Assembly (NCBI GenBank): GCA_008690995.1
Contig: VRMN01000004.1
Location: forward strand, 1,736,001 to 1,800,000
Direction: 5' to 3'
Origin: Porphyridium purpureum
Taxonomy: Eukaryota
DNA length: 64,000 bases
The translations under genes and the position numbers were made by a program. Within the stretch, counting starts at the first letter, position 1; every line of letters begins with the position of its first letter. Below the pieces are notes generated by a model. The model was not told the DNA's origin and ran no database searches. It worked only from the letters and a program-made list of their open reading frames with translations. Shown in pieces: positions 51,372 through 62,300 of this stretch.

Positions 51372-54300
51372 TCACGTCGGCCAGTCGCCACCCACTTTGC
51401 CACTCACACCGCCATTCCCGATTCGCAACCTCTCCGTCACCGTGCGCTGCAAGTCTGCATCCGCTGGGTCTTTCAGCAAGGCGTCCCGGAGCGCCTGCAA
51501 CATCTTCTCTTCGCGGCCTTTTTTCCGTGCCAGACCTGCTTGGTGGTCATCATCTTCCCGTCGTCGTCGCTCCATTTCGCCCTTTAGCAAACCTAAAACG
51601 ATAGGTGGCACTTGCGCTCCCATCATCCAAGCCGGCAAATGATTACCTTCTAGGCGCACAAGAAAACGAAGCTTTTCATCACTCGTATCAATTTCAATTT
51701 CTCTTTGAGCAACGGACATAGCGCCTGGGAATACGCCACTGACGCCAGGGTTCAAAGCACTCTCGCGCACACTGGGTCCAAGAACGGCCAGGCGGTTTAC
51801 ATGGCATCGTGCCGTCCCGCCCGTTTTCTCCGCTCGCAGGTTCACATTGTTCCACCGGACGTATTCCATGATGATATATGGACCGCGCTAAGGATACCAA
51901 AGTTTGCGCTCAACTCCCTTCGTCGCAGGAAGGTCTAAAACTAGAACCCTTCTTCCGACCACAAAGCCAAAGTCACCAACTTAAGAGTTATACCAACGAG
52001 CCACCGGCTCACGCTTTTGTTCGGTTGCCTTTCTGACCAGCTCGTGCAGCCTGCATAATTGTCCAGCAATATCCGTCTCCGCCGCCACCGCATCTTCACT
52101 GACGACCAATATGTCGCGATCTAACTCCGGCGCTTTGACCCCAAACATAGCTTCAAATGGTGACATTCGGGTGGTCTCATGCACACTCGTATTGTACGCG
52201 TACGTAGCGGCTGCCAAATGCTTGTCCCAATCTTGCTCCGACGTCAAAACTCGTGCGCGAACTTCCGAAAGAAGCGTTCGATTAAAGCGTTCAACTTGCC
52301 CATTACCCTGTGGATGGTACGGGCTTGTAAAGACTTGCTTGATTCCAAGGATGCTGCACATGGCGCGGACTACTTCACCTGCAAACGCCGCACCGTTGTC
52401 GCTCAGAATTCGCTCTGGCGCGCCAAACCGATATACCCAGCCTTCCAGTAGCGCCTCGGCGACTGTCACCGCGGATTCATCCCGCATTGGCATGCACACA
52501 ACGTACCGCGTGAATTGATCCGCAATGACAAGCACCTTCTTGAAGCCTCTTTCACTCTCCGGCGTCACAGTTGTCACATCGACCGCCACCAACTCGAAGC
52601 GTCGCACAGGGCGAAAGGGTGCCAGAATTCCCTTCACGCGAGCAAGTCTTGGCATCCTCTCCATAGTACAATGGACACACTCTTTGAGGAAGATATCAAT
52701 TGTCTTTTTGAAATGCGGCCACCAAAGGACCGAACCAACACGTCGCATCAAGCGGTCTCGGCCGAAGTGACCGGCAAAGGCGGGCCCATGATAGTACCCC
52801 AGCACTCGCTTTACAAGGGTTGATGGGACCCATGGCAGCTCCTTTGCGCCCACTTGTTTCACAATCAGACCGCGCTGGTCTTGCGCAAACTCGTCATCGT
52901 CCTTCCAATGGGGCATCTCTACTGTCTCGAGAGCACGTTGTTCCCGCAACAACTCCTCCATGCTGGGCAGACTGACTGCAATGCTCGTCTCGTCGACCGC
53001 TTCGTCTTCACATTCCCCGCTGTCGAGCGCACCGTCCCTGCTCAAACAGTTTGCGGCCGCATTCTCTTCACCGGGCCGGTACCGCATGACAAAGTCCCAT
53101 GACTGCAACTCCAGCAACCATCTACTCAGTCTTCCCGTGGGAGCTTCTTGCCGCCACATCCAACTCAGCGCTTGGTGGTCCGTTACGAACTCCACCTTGG
53201 CCCCCATGACGTAGTGGCGCAGCTTCCGCGCGGCGTACAGAATGGAGAGCAGCTCCTTCTCTGACACACTGTAATTGCGCTCAGGTCCCTTCAGTCTCCT
53301 GGATATAAACGCGATCGGGCGCCACACGCCCCCATTCTCTTGCTGAAGCAGCACCGCCCCAATGGCGTCCGCAGATGCATCGGCGAACAAGCGCTTAGCT
53401 CTTTCTGGAACCGGCGGCACCAAGACTGCTGGACTCAACAATGCTGCCTTCAGGTCGAGCCAGGCATTGCGCTGACTTTCACCCCAGCGCGCATCAAAGT
53501 CTTCAATGACAATCCGCTCGAAGCGGTTCCTCCTCTTTGCATTCCAACGCGTGCCAGCAAGCACATCGTACAGCGGGCGCGTAATCTCAGCAAACCCAGG
53601 TACGTGCGAAGAAAACCAATTACAAAGTCCCAGGAATCTTAGTAAAGCTTCTGCGCTTCGTGGCTCAGTTAGGTTTGCAATTCCATTCACGTGTTCACGC
53701 CCTGGCGCTATCTCACCGCCCTTGGCAGAATGCCCCGGCACCTCAACTTCTGAAAAACCAAATTCGCATTTCTTGACATTCAGCTTGGCGCCACGTTCAC
53801 GAAGATGCACCACTACTTTCTCCAACCATCGCTCATGCTCCTCGACCGATATCGTAACCAAGTGCATGTCATCCATGTACGCAACGGTCACCCCCGCAAA
53901 CGGACGAAGCAGATTCTCAGCAGCGCGCTGCATCACAAATGGCGACGTGATTAATCCTTGCGGATCCTTCGCGTAGCACACCAGGCCAAGAACCGTCTTA
54001 ACTGCAGTGAGGTGGCGGCAGCTTTCTTCCAGGCTGATGTTAAAGAATCCATCTTTCAAGTCGAGTGCAGAGAAAACCCGTCCCCGCGCCAAAAACTCCA
54101 GCACCTCCTTCAAGTCCTTGAGGGGGTAAATTTCCTTGACCACTCTCTGATTCAAAGCCCTGAAGTCAGTAGTCATGCGCATGGCACCACTCTTCTTCTT
54201 CACAAATACGTTCACAGCCCCCCAGGCACTTGCAGCGCACGGAACCAGATTACCAGCCTTCAGGTGTTTGGTCACCTCTTCCCTCTCCAGGACCTCCTCT

Positions 54301-55165
54301 TGAGGTGACTTCCTCCTCATTCTGATATTTGCCGGCGTGGCGCCTTCCTTCAGATGAATCTTGTACTCCTCCCCATGGATACAGCCCGATCCAATGAAGA
54401 CCTCACGATTGCGCTTCAGCATGGCGCGAACGGCCTGAGCTCGTTCACCGAACCCGGTGAGATCAAGCTTTTCAAGTGCATCGACCACGTGTGCTTCCTC
54501 GTCCACCTCCACATCATCGACCGGTTCGATGTACGGTTCCTGCGTGCGGTCGAACGGCACACTCAACTGTCCTGACTTCACAACAAACAACACACGACCT
54601 TTACCAAAATCGAGCAGCGCCTTGCGCCTTTTCAGGAAATCCCGGCCCAACAACAGTTGCGAACGCAGACCTGGCATCGTCAGCACGGGTTCGCGGAGCA
54701 GACCTGCCCCGGCCGCTTCCATCCATACCCACCCACTCGCGCCTGTCTTCAATGCTCGTCCGTCCGGTGCCACTGCGTGCACTGCGGGACTTAAAGATTC
54801 GACCTGTCCTTCCAGTTCGTCAAAAAGCCATTCATCCATGATTGTTGGCCCTGCACCGGTATCGACCTTGGCATCCATCGTCATGTGACCACGACTCGTG
54901 GGAAACGACACAGGGATCCTTACTTCCGGAACTCGCTCACCCACATTTAGCTCTTCCACACGGTTCTCACGTGCTCCATCCACCGCTGACCCATCCAGCG
55001 GGCATGGGGAGCACAATTCATAGTCGACTTTCACTTCATCCACCACTTCAAACTCCTCTATTCCGCATACGTCAGGCTCGCCGAGTGAGAAACCTGCGAT
55101 TTCCTTTCTCGACTGCTCTGGGGGCTCCAGTCGCCCGCGCCATTCCGGGCGGCCCCCTACTCGTT
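51372..55165 (-). pseudogene. pol of element 2, with two in-frame nonsense codons in the integrase C-terminus
   Basis: VDTGA, YMDD, FADAS, GHFG..CVHC, SDNG and ERFNRT. The frame continues WYNS*(51981)VGDF...KLWYP*RGPY through to 51372. Confidence 0.9.
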
Positions 55166-55169
55166 TCCC
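55120..55169 (-). other. -1 programmed ribosomal frameshift signal (element 2)
   Basis: G_GGA_AAC heptamer at 55169-55163 in the gag frame, a 5-nt spacer GAGUA, then a hairpin with stems GGGGGC/GCCCCC and CGCCCG/CGGGCG. pol is in the -1 frame. Confidence 0.85.
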
Positions 55170-56350
55170 GACCCTGTCATAGCACCTACTGCTCCCTGTG
55201 GTGGTGCCAACTGGCCTGATGTCTGTGGGCATTCACGCTGCACATGCGCCACCACACCACAGCGCCAGCATCGCGGCTTGCGCCGCTTCACCCCAGCCGT
55301 ACCCACGACCCTCGTCTGTGCCCCCTGTCGCCCAGGCGACGGCACTCTCGGAGCTCGAGACGAGTCCGGCACGTACATACCTGCTTGCTCCACGTGGGCC
55401 GCACCATGTCCGCTATTAAGCGACGCATGCGTCGACCCGGTCATTCGTAGACCCGGCTGAGAAACCCTCTGGCGACCGGGCACCCACGGAGCCTCCTCCA
55501 CGCCATCTACCGCAAAGACCTCATCCACCGACACCCGCTTGCGCTGGTACGCTAGCTTCTGGGCCGTCTTTACTGTGACAGCCACGGCTTCGGCAAAGGA
55601 CGCACCGACGAGTAGCGTCCAGTCTTGCAGCTGCAGGTGCAATCCTGCCAAAAAGCGATTCTTCATCTCTGCATCCGTCGGCAGAACAGACTGACACGTG
55701 GCCATGTCGGCCACGCGCTCTGCATATGCACTCACACTCTCACGTTCCATCATGCGCATGCCTTCCCACTTCATCTTCAGCGTGGTTGCGTGCACTTGAT
55801 TGAAAAACCTCGACTCCATGCGTCCTAGAATCAGTTCAACACCCTCTGCCGGATACAAGCGCATAAGTTGCCACAAATATCTCTGTGCATGTCCTGCAAA
55901 GGCGTGCTGCATCCACTGCAAAGCCAGTTCGCGGCGTAAGACGCGGCCGACTGGAGGCGTGGTGTGCAAAAGGCTTCGAATGTTCGCAAAGGCCATTGGA
56001 AAATTTGGGTCACCCTCATTCGACACTTTAAAGGGAACCAACGCATCTTTCCACGCCTGAGCGCGATCATTGTTCATGGCGACTTCACGCGCCGGTGGAC
56101 GGTCACGTGCAAAACCATCCTCATCCACTCTTTCCTGTGGCCCGGGTCCACCCACGCCACTCTGCACCGCAGTGGCCGCGGGAATTCCGGCCCCTGCCGG
56201 GTGCTCATCCAACGTCACTGCTGCCATGCGACTCTCCAAAAGCTGCAGGCGCTCAGACATGCGAGCAAACCAGTTCGAATTTATATCGGACACTCCAACC
56301 TGGGCCACAGGTGGCACACCCAGTGCTACCTGCAAACTCGGCCCAATCAT
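55157..56350 (-). CDS. gag of element 2
   Basis: ESVSAYAERV...RFLAGL capsid motif and the CWRCGVVAHVQREC zinc knuckle. Confidence 0.9.
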   Translation of the reverse strand: MIGPSLQVALGVPPVAQVGVSDINSNWFARMSERLQLLESRMAAVTLDEHPAGAGIPAATAVQSGVGGPGPQERVDEDGFARDRPPAREVAMNNDRAQAWKDALVPFKVSNEGDPNFPMAFANIRSLLHTTPPVGRVLRRELALQWMQHAFAGHAQRYLWQLMRLYPAEGVELILGRMESRFFNQVHATTLKMKWEGMRMMERESVSAYAERVADMATCQSVLPTDAEMKNRFLAGLHLQLQDWTLLVGASFAEAVAVTVKTAQKLAYQRKRVSVDEVFAVDGVEEAPWVPGRQRVSQPGLRMTGSTHASLNSGHGAAHVEQAGMYVPDSSRAPRVPSPGRQGAQTRVVGTAGVKRRKPRCWRCGVVAHVQRECPQTSGQLAPPQGAVGAMTGSGNE

Positions 56351-57675
56351 TTGACCTAACTTCCTGTTAAGTACAATTCAATTCTGATGCTTGTACACCA
56401 GACTCACCCTCCGTTAAAACCTTTTGCACACCTGAATAGGCGTTACCGAGCCGTGCTAGTGCACAAGCACGCGACAATCGTGTGCCGGTTTCGCGGTTAT
56501 AAGGTGCGACCAAATCGGATAGGGGACAGTCAAAATGTTTAGAAAAAATAGTTAATTAATAGTAAATTTTGATATTTTCCTATGAAAGTAGAACGGCGGG
56601 GTTCGTCTGCAACGGTTACGACGAAATTTGTGGCTCAAAACGGATACGGAACACTGTGTGGAAGCGAAATATCTCGGAAGTCGTCTATTCAGAGCAAACG
56701 GCAAAGTGTGGATCCATCGCAGCTCGTGAAGAGCTCCATTCTGACTCTACGGGGTGCAAGATTGGCCTTACAGGTGAAGAGAAAGGACGTACTCAGGGTC
56801 TCCGGGAGTCGTGCGACAGCGTGAGAGCCATTGCGACCAAAATTGGGCGCTCTAAGAATGTGGTTTTCCGCTGTTTGTCGGCTCCAAACGAGTACTGCCA
56901 GAAATATGCCAATGTGAACGCTTTAAAGCTGACGGAGGCGGTCAAAACGAAGATTTACAACATTGCTAAGCTTCCGACCATTCACGCGGCTCGTCAGCTT
57001 CAAGCAGCTCTGCGAATTTGTGGAGCTAAACCAATCCAAAGTTTGACAACAATCATCAAGGCAGTGAGTGACACGTATGCATACCGCAAAATTCCAGCTT
57101 GTCCGCCACTGACACTCAATCGCAAGCTCAAGAGGCTGGCCTGGGCCAGGCATCATCAGCTGGAACAGACCAATTGGGCCGCAATTGTGTTCACTGACGA
57201 AAAGAAGTTCAACCTGGACGGACCCGATGGTTTCCACAAGACGTGGGTTGAGCGTGCGGCGGACGTTCTAGATATTTGGTCGCGACATTCCAGCGCCGGT
57301 GGATGCATGGTTTGGGGTGAAATTTCTGCAAGAGGAAAGATTCACCTTCATTTTATTGAGGGGTTATTTACGGCTGCAAAATATGTTTCCATGCTTCGAG
57401 AGAACAATGTGCTGAGTCGCTGCCGTCAGATGGTGGGCCCGAACATGGTTTTTCAGCAGGATAACGCGCCAGTGCACACAAGTCGCCTGGTTAAGAATTT
57501 CATGAATGACGAGAATGTGGAGCTCCTAGACTGGCCAGCGTACTCGCCGGACTTCAATATTATCGAGAACCTGTGAGGAATACTAGCGCGCAAGGTTTAC
57601 GAGGGTGCAAGGCAGTATGAGACGGTGCTGGAGCTCAAGTTTGCCATTTTACTGGCCTGGGGGACTTTGGACCAG

Positions 57676-58011
57676 TGTTATCCGCCGACCCCGCGGATAC
57701 CTAGTCTTGCGGGATCCTTGCTGTGGCCTTGCTGTGGCCTTGCTGTGGCCTTGCTGCGGCCTTGCTGGAACCTTGCTGTGGCCTTGCTGGAACCTTGCTG
57801 GAACCTTGCTGGAACCTTGCTGTGGCCTTGCTGGTGCACTGTCATTTTTCTCACAGTGCTACCCGGCGAGCTGGAGAACACGGGGCGGCAGTCTATATAA
57901 AGGCGTGGAGACCCGCGAGCAGGCTCGGGGACAGAAAGGAAGAAGAGAGAGAGGTAGCGAAGGGGAGAGAAGAAGGAGAGGAAAAGTAAAAGGAAAAGGA
58001 GGTTCATAACA
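57676..58011 (+). repeat. 5' LTR of element 3
   Basis: TGTTAT...ATAACA ends, an 11-bp CCTTGCTG(TGG/GAA) array at 57716-57834, and TATATAAA at ~57894. Confidence 0.98.
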
Positions 58012-58013
58012 TC

Positions 58014-58028
58014 TGGTATCATCGCTGG
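58014..58028 (+). other. Primer binding site (tRNA-iMet-like) TGGTATCATCGCTGG
   Basis: Starts 2 nt after the LTR end. The first 8 nt match the plant iMet PBS TGGTATCA. Confidence 0.75.
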
Positions 58029-58062
58029 TTGGACGAGGGGGGGTGTGGGCCTGAGTGGCCCC

Positions 58063-58276
58063 ATCGCCTGTGTGGCTCGTTGATTGCCTGTGTGGCTCGT
58101 TGATTGCCTGTGTGGCTCGTTGATCGCCTGTGTGGCTCGTTGATCGCCTGTGTGGCTCGTTGATCGCCTGTGTGGCTCGTTGATCGCCTGTGTGGCTTGC
58201 TGATTGCCTGTGTGGCTCGTTGATCGCCTGTGTGGCTTGCTGATTGCCTGTGTGGCTTGTTGATTGCCTGCGTGGC
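58063..58276 (+). repeat. 20-bp tandem repeat ATYGCCTGTGTGGCTYGYTG, 10 copies plus a partial, in the element 3 leader
   Basis: Read directly. Confidence 0.95.
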
Positions 58277-58502
58277 ATACGTCTCAACTTTCGGTCTTCT
58301 GGTGTCGTCGGAACAGTTGGCCAAGAATTTGCATCGTGTGTAACAGGCTCGAGTGTGTGGTACGGGCGATCCTCGGTCTCCCGGTTCGTTGGGTTCAAGG
58401 CATTGCGCACTACCCCGCCGGTTTGAGCGCCCACCTCGAGTGACGTGAAGCGAAGGCATAGCTTGGTTATATCTGGGATTTTCACTAGAAGCCAGGGTAA
58501 AG

Positions 58503-59351
58503 ATGGCCTCTACCGGTGCCATGGCGGTAAAGACCGCAAAGCTGATGATGTTTTCCGGGAAGCGAGACCCGATGGAAGTTCAGACGTGGTTGTTTGCCGC
58601 GAAAGGAAGGGTGTATACGCCGCTGGTGGAGCACTGGCGTGAACGCGTGATGATGGACGGGCCAGTCGATGTGGCCGTCCCCCCTGAGATCGAAATGCGC
58701 AGTATCCAGACAGCTGCGACGTATTTCGAGAAAGAAGCACTGACGTGGTGGTTTCTGGTGAATCAGCGACGAGAGGCCCCGCTAACTTGGGCGGAGTTCG
58801 AAGCTGCAGTTCAGGCCCAGTTTTTGCCCGCCGATCACGCACGTCGGGCGCGGGACCGCCTTGCGAGGCTTGAGCAGAAGGGAAGTGTGGCTGCGTACGC
58901 GTCCTCGTTTCGAGATGTTTTGCTGCAGTGTTCCGACGTTTCGGAAGCCGAAGCCTTGGATCGATTCGTGCGCGGTTTGAAGAAGGACGTACTGGTAGAA
59001 GTGCTGAAGAGCCGTCCGAAGACACTGATGGACGCTTTCCATGTTGCGTCGGCCGTAGATGACGCCATATTCGCGGCTCGAAACATGCAAAGCCGCTCTC
59101 CTTTCTCCGTGCCACGCACGCAAGTTCGTATTGATCATGATGGACGAGCACCCATGGAGTTGGGGGCAGTCACCGGCACCGATAGTACGGAAACGCGTAC
59201 ATGTTATTTGTGCCGCCGTGTAGGACATATTGCACGCAACTGCCGCGCCGCCCGTGGAAAAATTGAGAACCGCCGTCAATTGCGAACAATTACTGAGAAT
59301 GCGAACGAAACGGAGACGGACACCACGGAAGAGGCTCCGGATTTCGAGTAG
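58503..59351 (+). CDS. gag of element 3
   Basis: ALTWW, TWAEF, LEQKGSVAAY..F, FVRGLK, APMELG and CYLCRRVGHIARNC. Confidence 0.96.
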   Translation: MASTGAMAVKTAKLMMFSGKRDPMEVQTWLFAAKGRVYTPLVEHWRERVMMDGPVDVAVPPEIEMRSIQTAATYFEKEALTWWFLVNQRREAPLTWAEFEAAVQAQFLPADHARRARDRLARLEQKGSVAAYASSFRDVLLQCSDVSEAEALDRFVRGLKKDVLVEVLKSRPKTLMDAFHVASAVDDAIFAARNMQSRSPFSVPRTQVRIDHDGRAPMELGAVTGTDSTETRTCYLCRRVGHIARNCRAARGKIENRRQLRTITENANETETDTTEEAPDFE

Positions 59352-59386
59352 CTCAAATGGATGGGAAAAAGGAGCCCCATTTGAGC
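59339..59386 (+). other. -1 programmed ribosomal frameshift signal (element 3)
   Basis: G_GAT_TTC at 59339-59345, spacer GAGTA, then a perfect 10-bp stem GCTCAAATGG/CCATTTGAGC (59351-59360 with 59377-59386). pol is in the -1 frame. Confidence 0.8.
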
Positions 59387-62300
59387 AAGACAGTGCTCCA
59401 GGCGAGAGTCGGTGCACTGGGGAATGCAAATTACATGATTAGAGTCCAAGGAAGCGTCGACTGTGTAAACCTTCCTTTGTTGCTGGACTCGGGCGCGTCG
59501 CACAACTTCCTCAGTCATCGCATCTTGCGCGGCATTCCACACTTGAAAGATAAGTTTACTTCGCACGGAGGGAGCGTAACCCTTGCAGACGGGAGCTCCA
59601 CAAATACCTTTGGTATGGTACAAGGTGTCAAGGTCATGATTGACGGAACCGAACAGAGTATTAACTTTGTCGTGTGCGACCTGAAGGATCAGGACGCCAT
59701 CCTGGGAATGGAATGGCTTCGAGCTTCAAACCCAGACATCGACTGGGTGGAAGGACGTGTGCGGCTGAGAAAGAAGGCAAGCTCCGAGAATGTGAACACG
59801 AACAAGGTCATTACGTGGAAGGAGCTTCGCCAACTTTTGCGCGGCGAAGGACTGCAAGAATGCTTTCTCGGAGTGCTAAAAACAACATCTGTGAAGGAAG
59901 ATTCCGTACGTACGGAGGACACTGAAAAGCTGGTAAGAGAGTTTGAAGGGCTCTTCGAAGAACCGCAAAGCCTTCCCCCAGATCGCAAGGTGAATCATAC
60001 CATCAAGTTGAAAGATGAGAAGCCAGTCAGAGTTGGCCGCGTGTACCGCCTGAGCCCAAGTGAACTCGAAGCTTTGCGGGAAAGTCTAAACGACTTGCTG
60101 AAACGAGGATTCATTCGGCCGAGTCGAAGTCCCTTCGGGGCTCCGGTCCTCTTCGTGAAGAAGAAGGACGGGAGCTTGAGAATGTGCGTGGATTATCGAG
60201 CTCTGAATGACGTTACGATCAAGGATCGATATCCCTTGCCGAACATGGAAGAGATGCTCGACCAGCTGAGACACGCAAAGTACTTCTCGAAGCTCGACTT
60301 ATTCTCCGGATACCATCAGATCCTCGTAGAGCCCGATGACGTGAAAAAGACTGCATTCCAAACTCGTTACGGTTTGTTTGAATTTCTGGTGATGCCTTTC
60401 GGGTTATGTAATGCCCCGGCAACATTTCAGAGAACCATGAACGAATTGTTTGCGGACCTGTTGGACACTACAGTCGTTGTCTATCTCGACGACATTCTGG
60501 TCTACACAAAGGACGAAGAATCACACGTGACTGCTCTAAGAGAAGTCTTTTCCAGACTGCAGAAGGCTGGATACAAACTCAAAGGAAAGAAATGCAGTTT
60601 TTTCGTACAAGAAGTCGAGTATTTGGGAAACATCGTTGGGAATGGAGTCATCAAGATGGATCCACGGAAAATTAATGCCCTGAAAGAATGGCCCGAGCCG
60701 AGAACCGTGACGGAATTGAGATCCTTCCTAGGCATGACAAATTGGTTTCGACGTTTTGTGAAAGGATATTCGACGGTAGTAGCACCGTTGACTCAACTCC
60801 TCCAAAACGTCAAGTCGAAAACACAAATGATTGAATTGAATACGCAGGCGAAAGAGGCGTTTCGCAGTATTATCTGCCACTTATCAGAAGCCCCGGTGCT
60901 AGCTTTGCCGGACCCAGAAAAGCCGTTTGAAGTGTATACGGATCGGTCGGAGGTCGCGGTCGGAGGCTGGCTGGCGCAGGAGAATAGGCCAGTTGCGTTC
61001 ACATCCAGAAAGCTCTTGGACCGTGAAACAAGGTACAGTAGTTACGAGGGTGAACTTCTCGCAGTAATTCACTGCCTTAAGGAGTTCAGATGCTATTTGT
61101 ATGGGGCCAAGTTCACGCTCCACACCGATCATGAGGCCCTAAAACACCTGCTGACTCAGAAAGAGCTAAACAGTCGCCAAGCACGATGGACAGACTTCCT
61201 CGCCGAATTCGATATCACGATCGACTATGTGAAAGGAAAGTCCAATGTAGTAGCCGACGCGCTTTCGCGCAGACCGCATCTCGGCACCTTGGAGTACCAA
61301 GTACGTTCGGACGAATTTGGAGTGAACTTTGTAGACTTCAAAGATGAATACGCCAAGGACGAAGACTTCGCGGCGCTGGTCGCGGAAGTACCGGAACACC
61401 AAGGTTTTCGACTGAGCAGGGGAATATTATATTTGAAGGGCCGCGTTTGCGTTCCGCAAAAGTTTCGTACTCGTGTGATGGAATTGCATCACGATATCCC
61501 TGTTGCTGGACACCGTGGAGCCGATACTACGTACGCATCACTGATTCAGCGCTTCTACTGGCCAAAAATGAAGCACGAAGTGAGAAGATTTGTGAAGACG
61601 TGCCATGCTTGCCAAGTTACGAAATCAGAGAATCGATCTTACGGGCTACTCAAGCCACTTCCCATTGCAGATGGTCCGTGGTTAGACATCGCCATGGATT
61701 TTGTCACAGAGTTGCCACGCAGTGAAGGGAAGTGCGACGCTATTCTCACTGTAGTGGATCGCTATTCCAAGATGGCTCTCTTCATACCAACCAAGAAGGA
61801 GCTTACCGCCCCGAAGTGCGGCGACTTGTTTGTCAAGCATGTTGTGAGCCGATTTGGCTACCCAAGGTCAATTGTATCGGACAGAGACACACTTTTTACT
61901 TCGGCATTTTGGCAGCAGCTAAGCAAGCGCGTGGGTATGAACCTCGCGATGTCAACCGCAAATCATCCGCAAACGGATGGACAGACCGAACGAGTCAACC
62001 GTGTCATCCGAGAAATGCTGAAGATGATGGCAACGAGTACTACCTGGGTTCGAGATCTTCCGCTGTACGAGTTCGCGTACAATTCCGCACCAAGCAGTTC
62101 TACCGGACATGCTCCGTTCAAAGTCGTATACGGCAGAGAACCATGGTATCCACCAGCAGGTGGATGGACGCATGCACAACATGGGCAGACAAAAGATTTG
62201 GCGAAGCATTGGCATCGTTTATGTCAGGTACAAGAAGAGGTTCGAGACAATCTGGTTGAAGCCCAGCGCCGGATGCAAAAGTTCTTCGACCGTACCAAAA

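Larger units (their letters stand above)
50846..56499 (-). mobile_element. Near-intact Ty3/gypsy LTR retrotransposon (element 2, same family as element 1); leader abuts the Tc3-like element
   Basis: gag and pol ORFs with domain order PR-RT-RH-IN. 5' LTR not seen. Confidence 0.92.
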
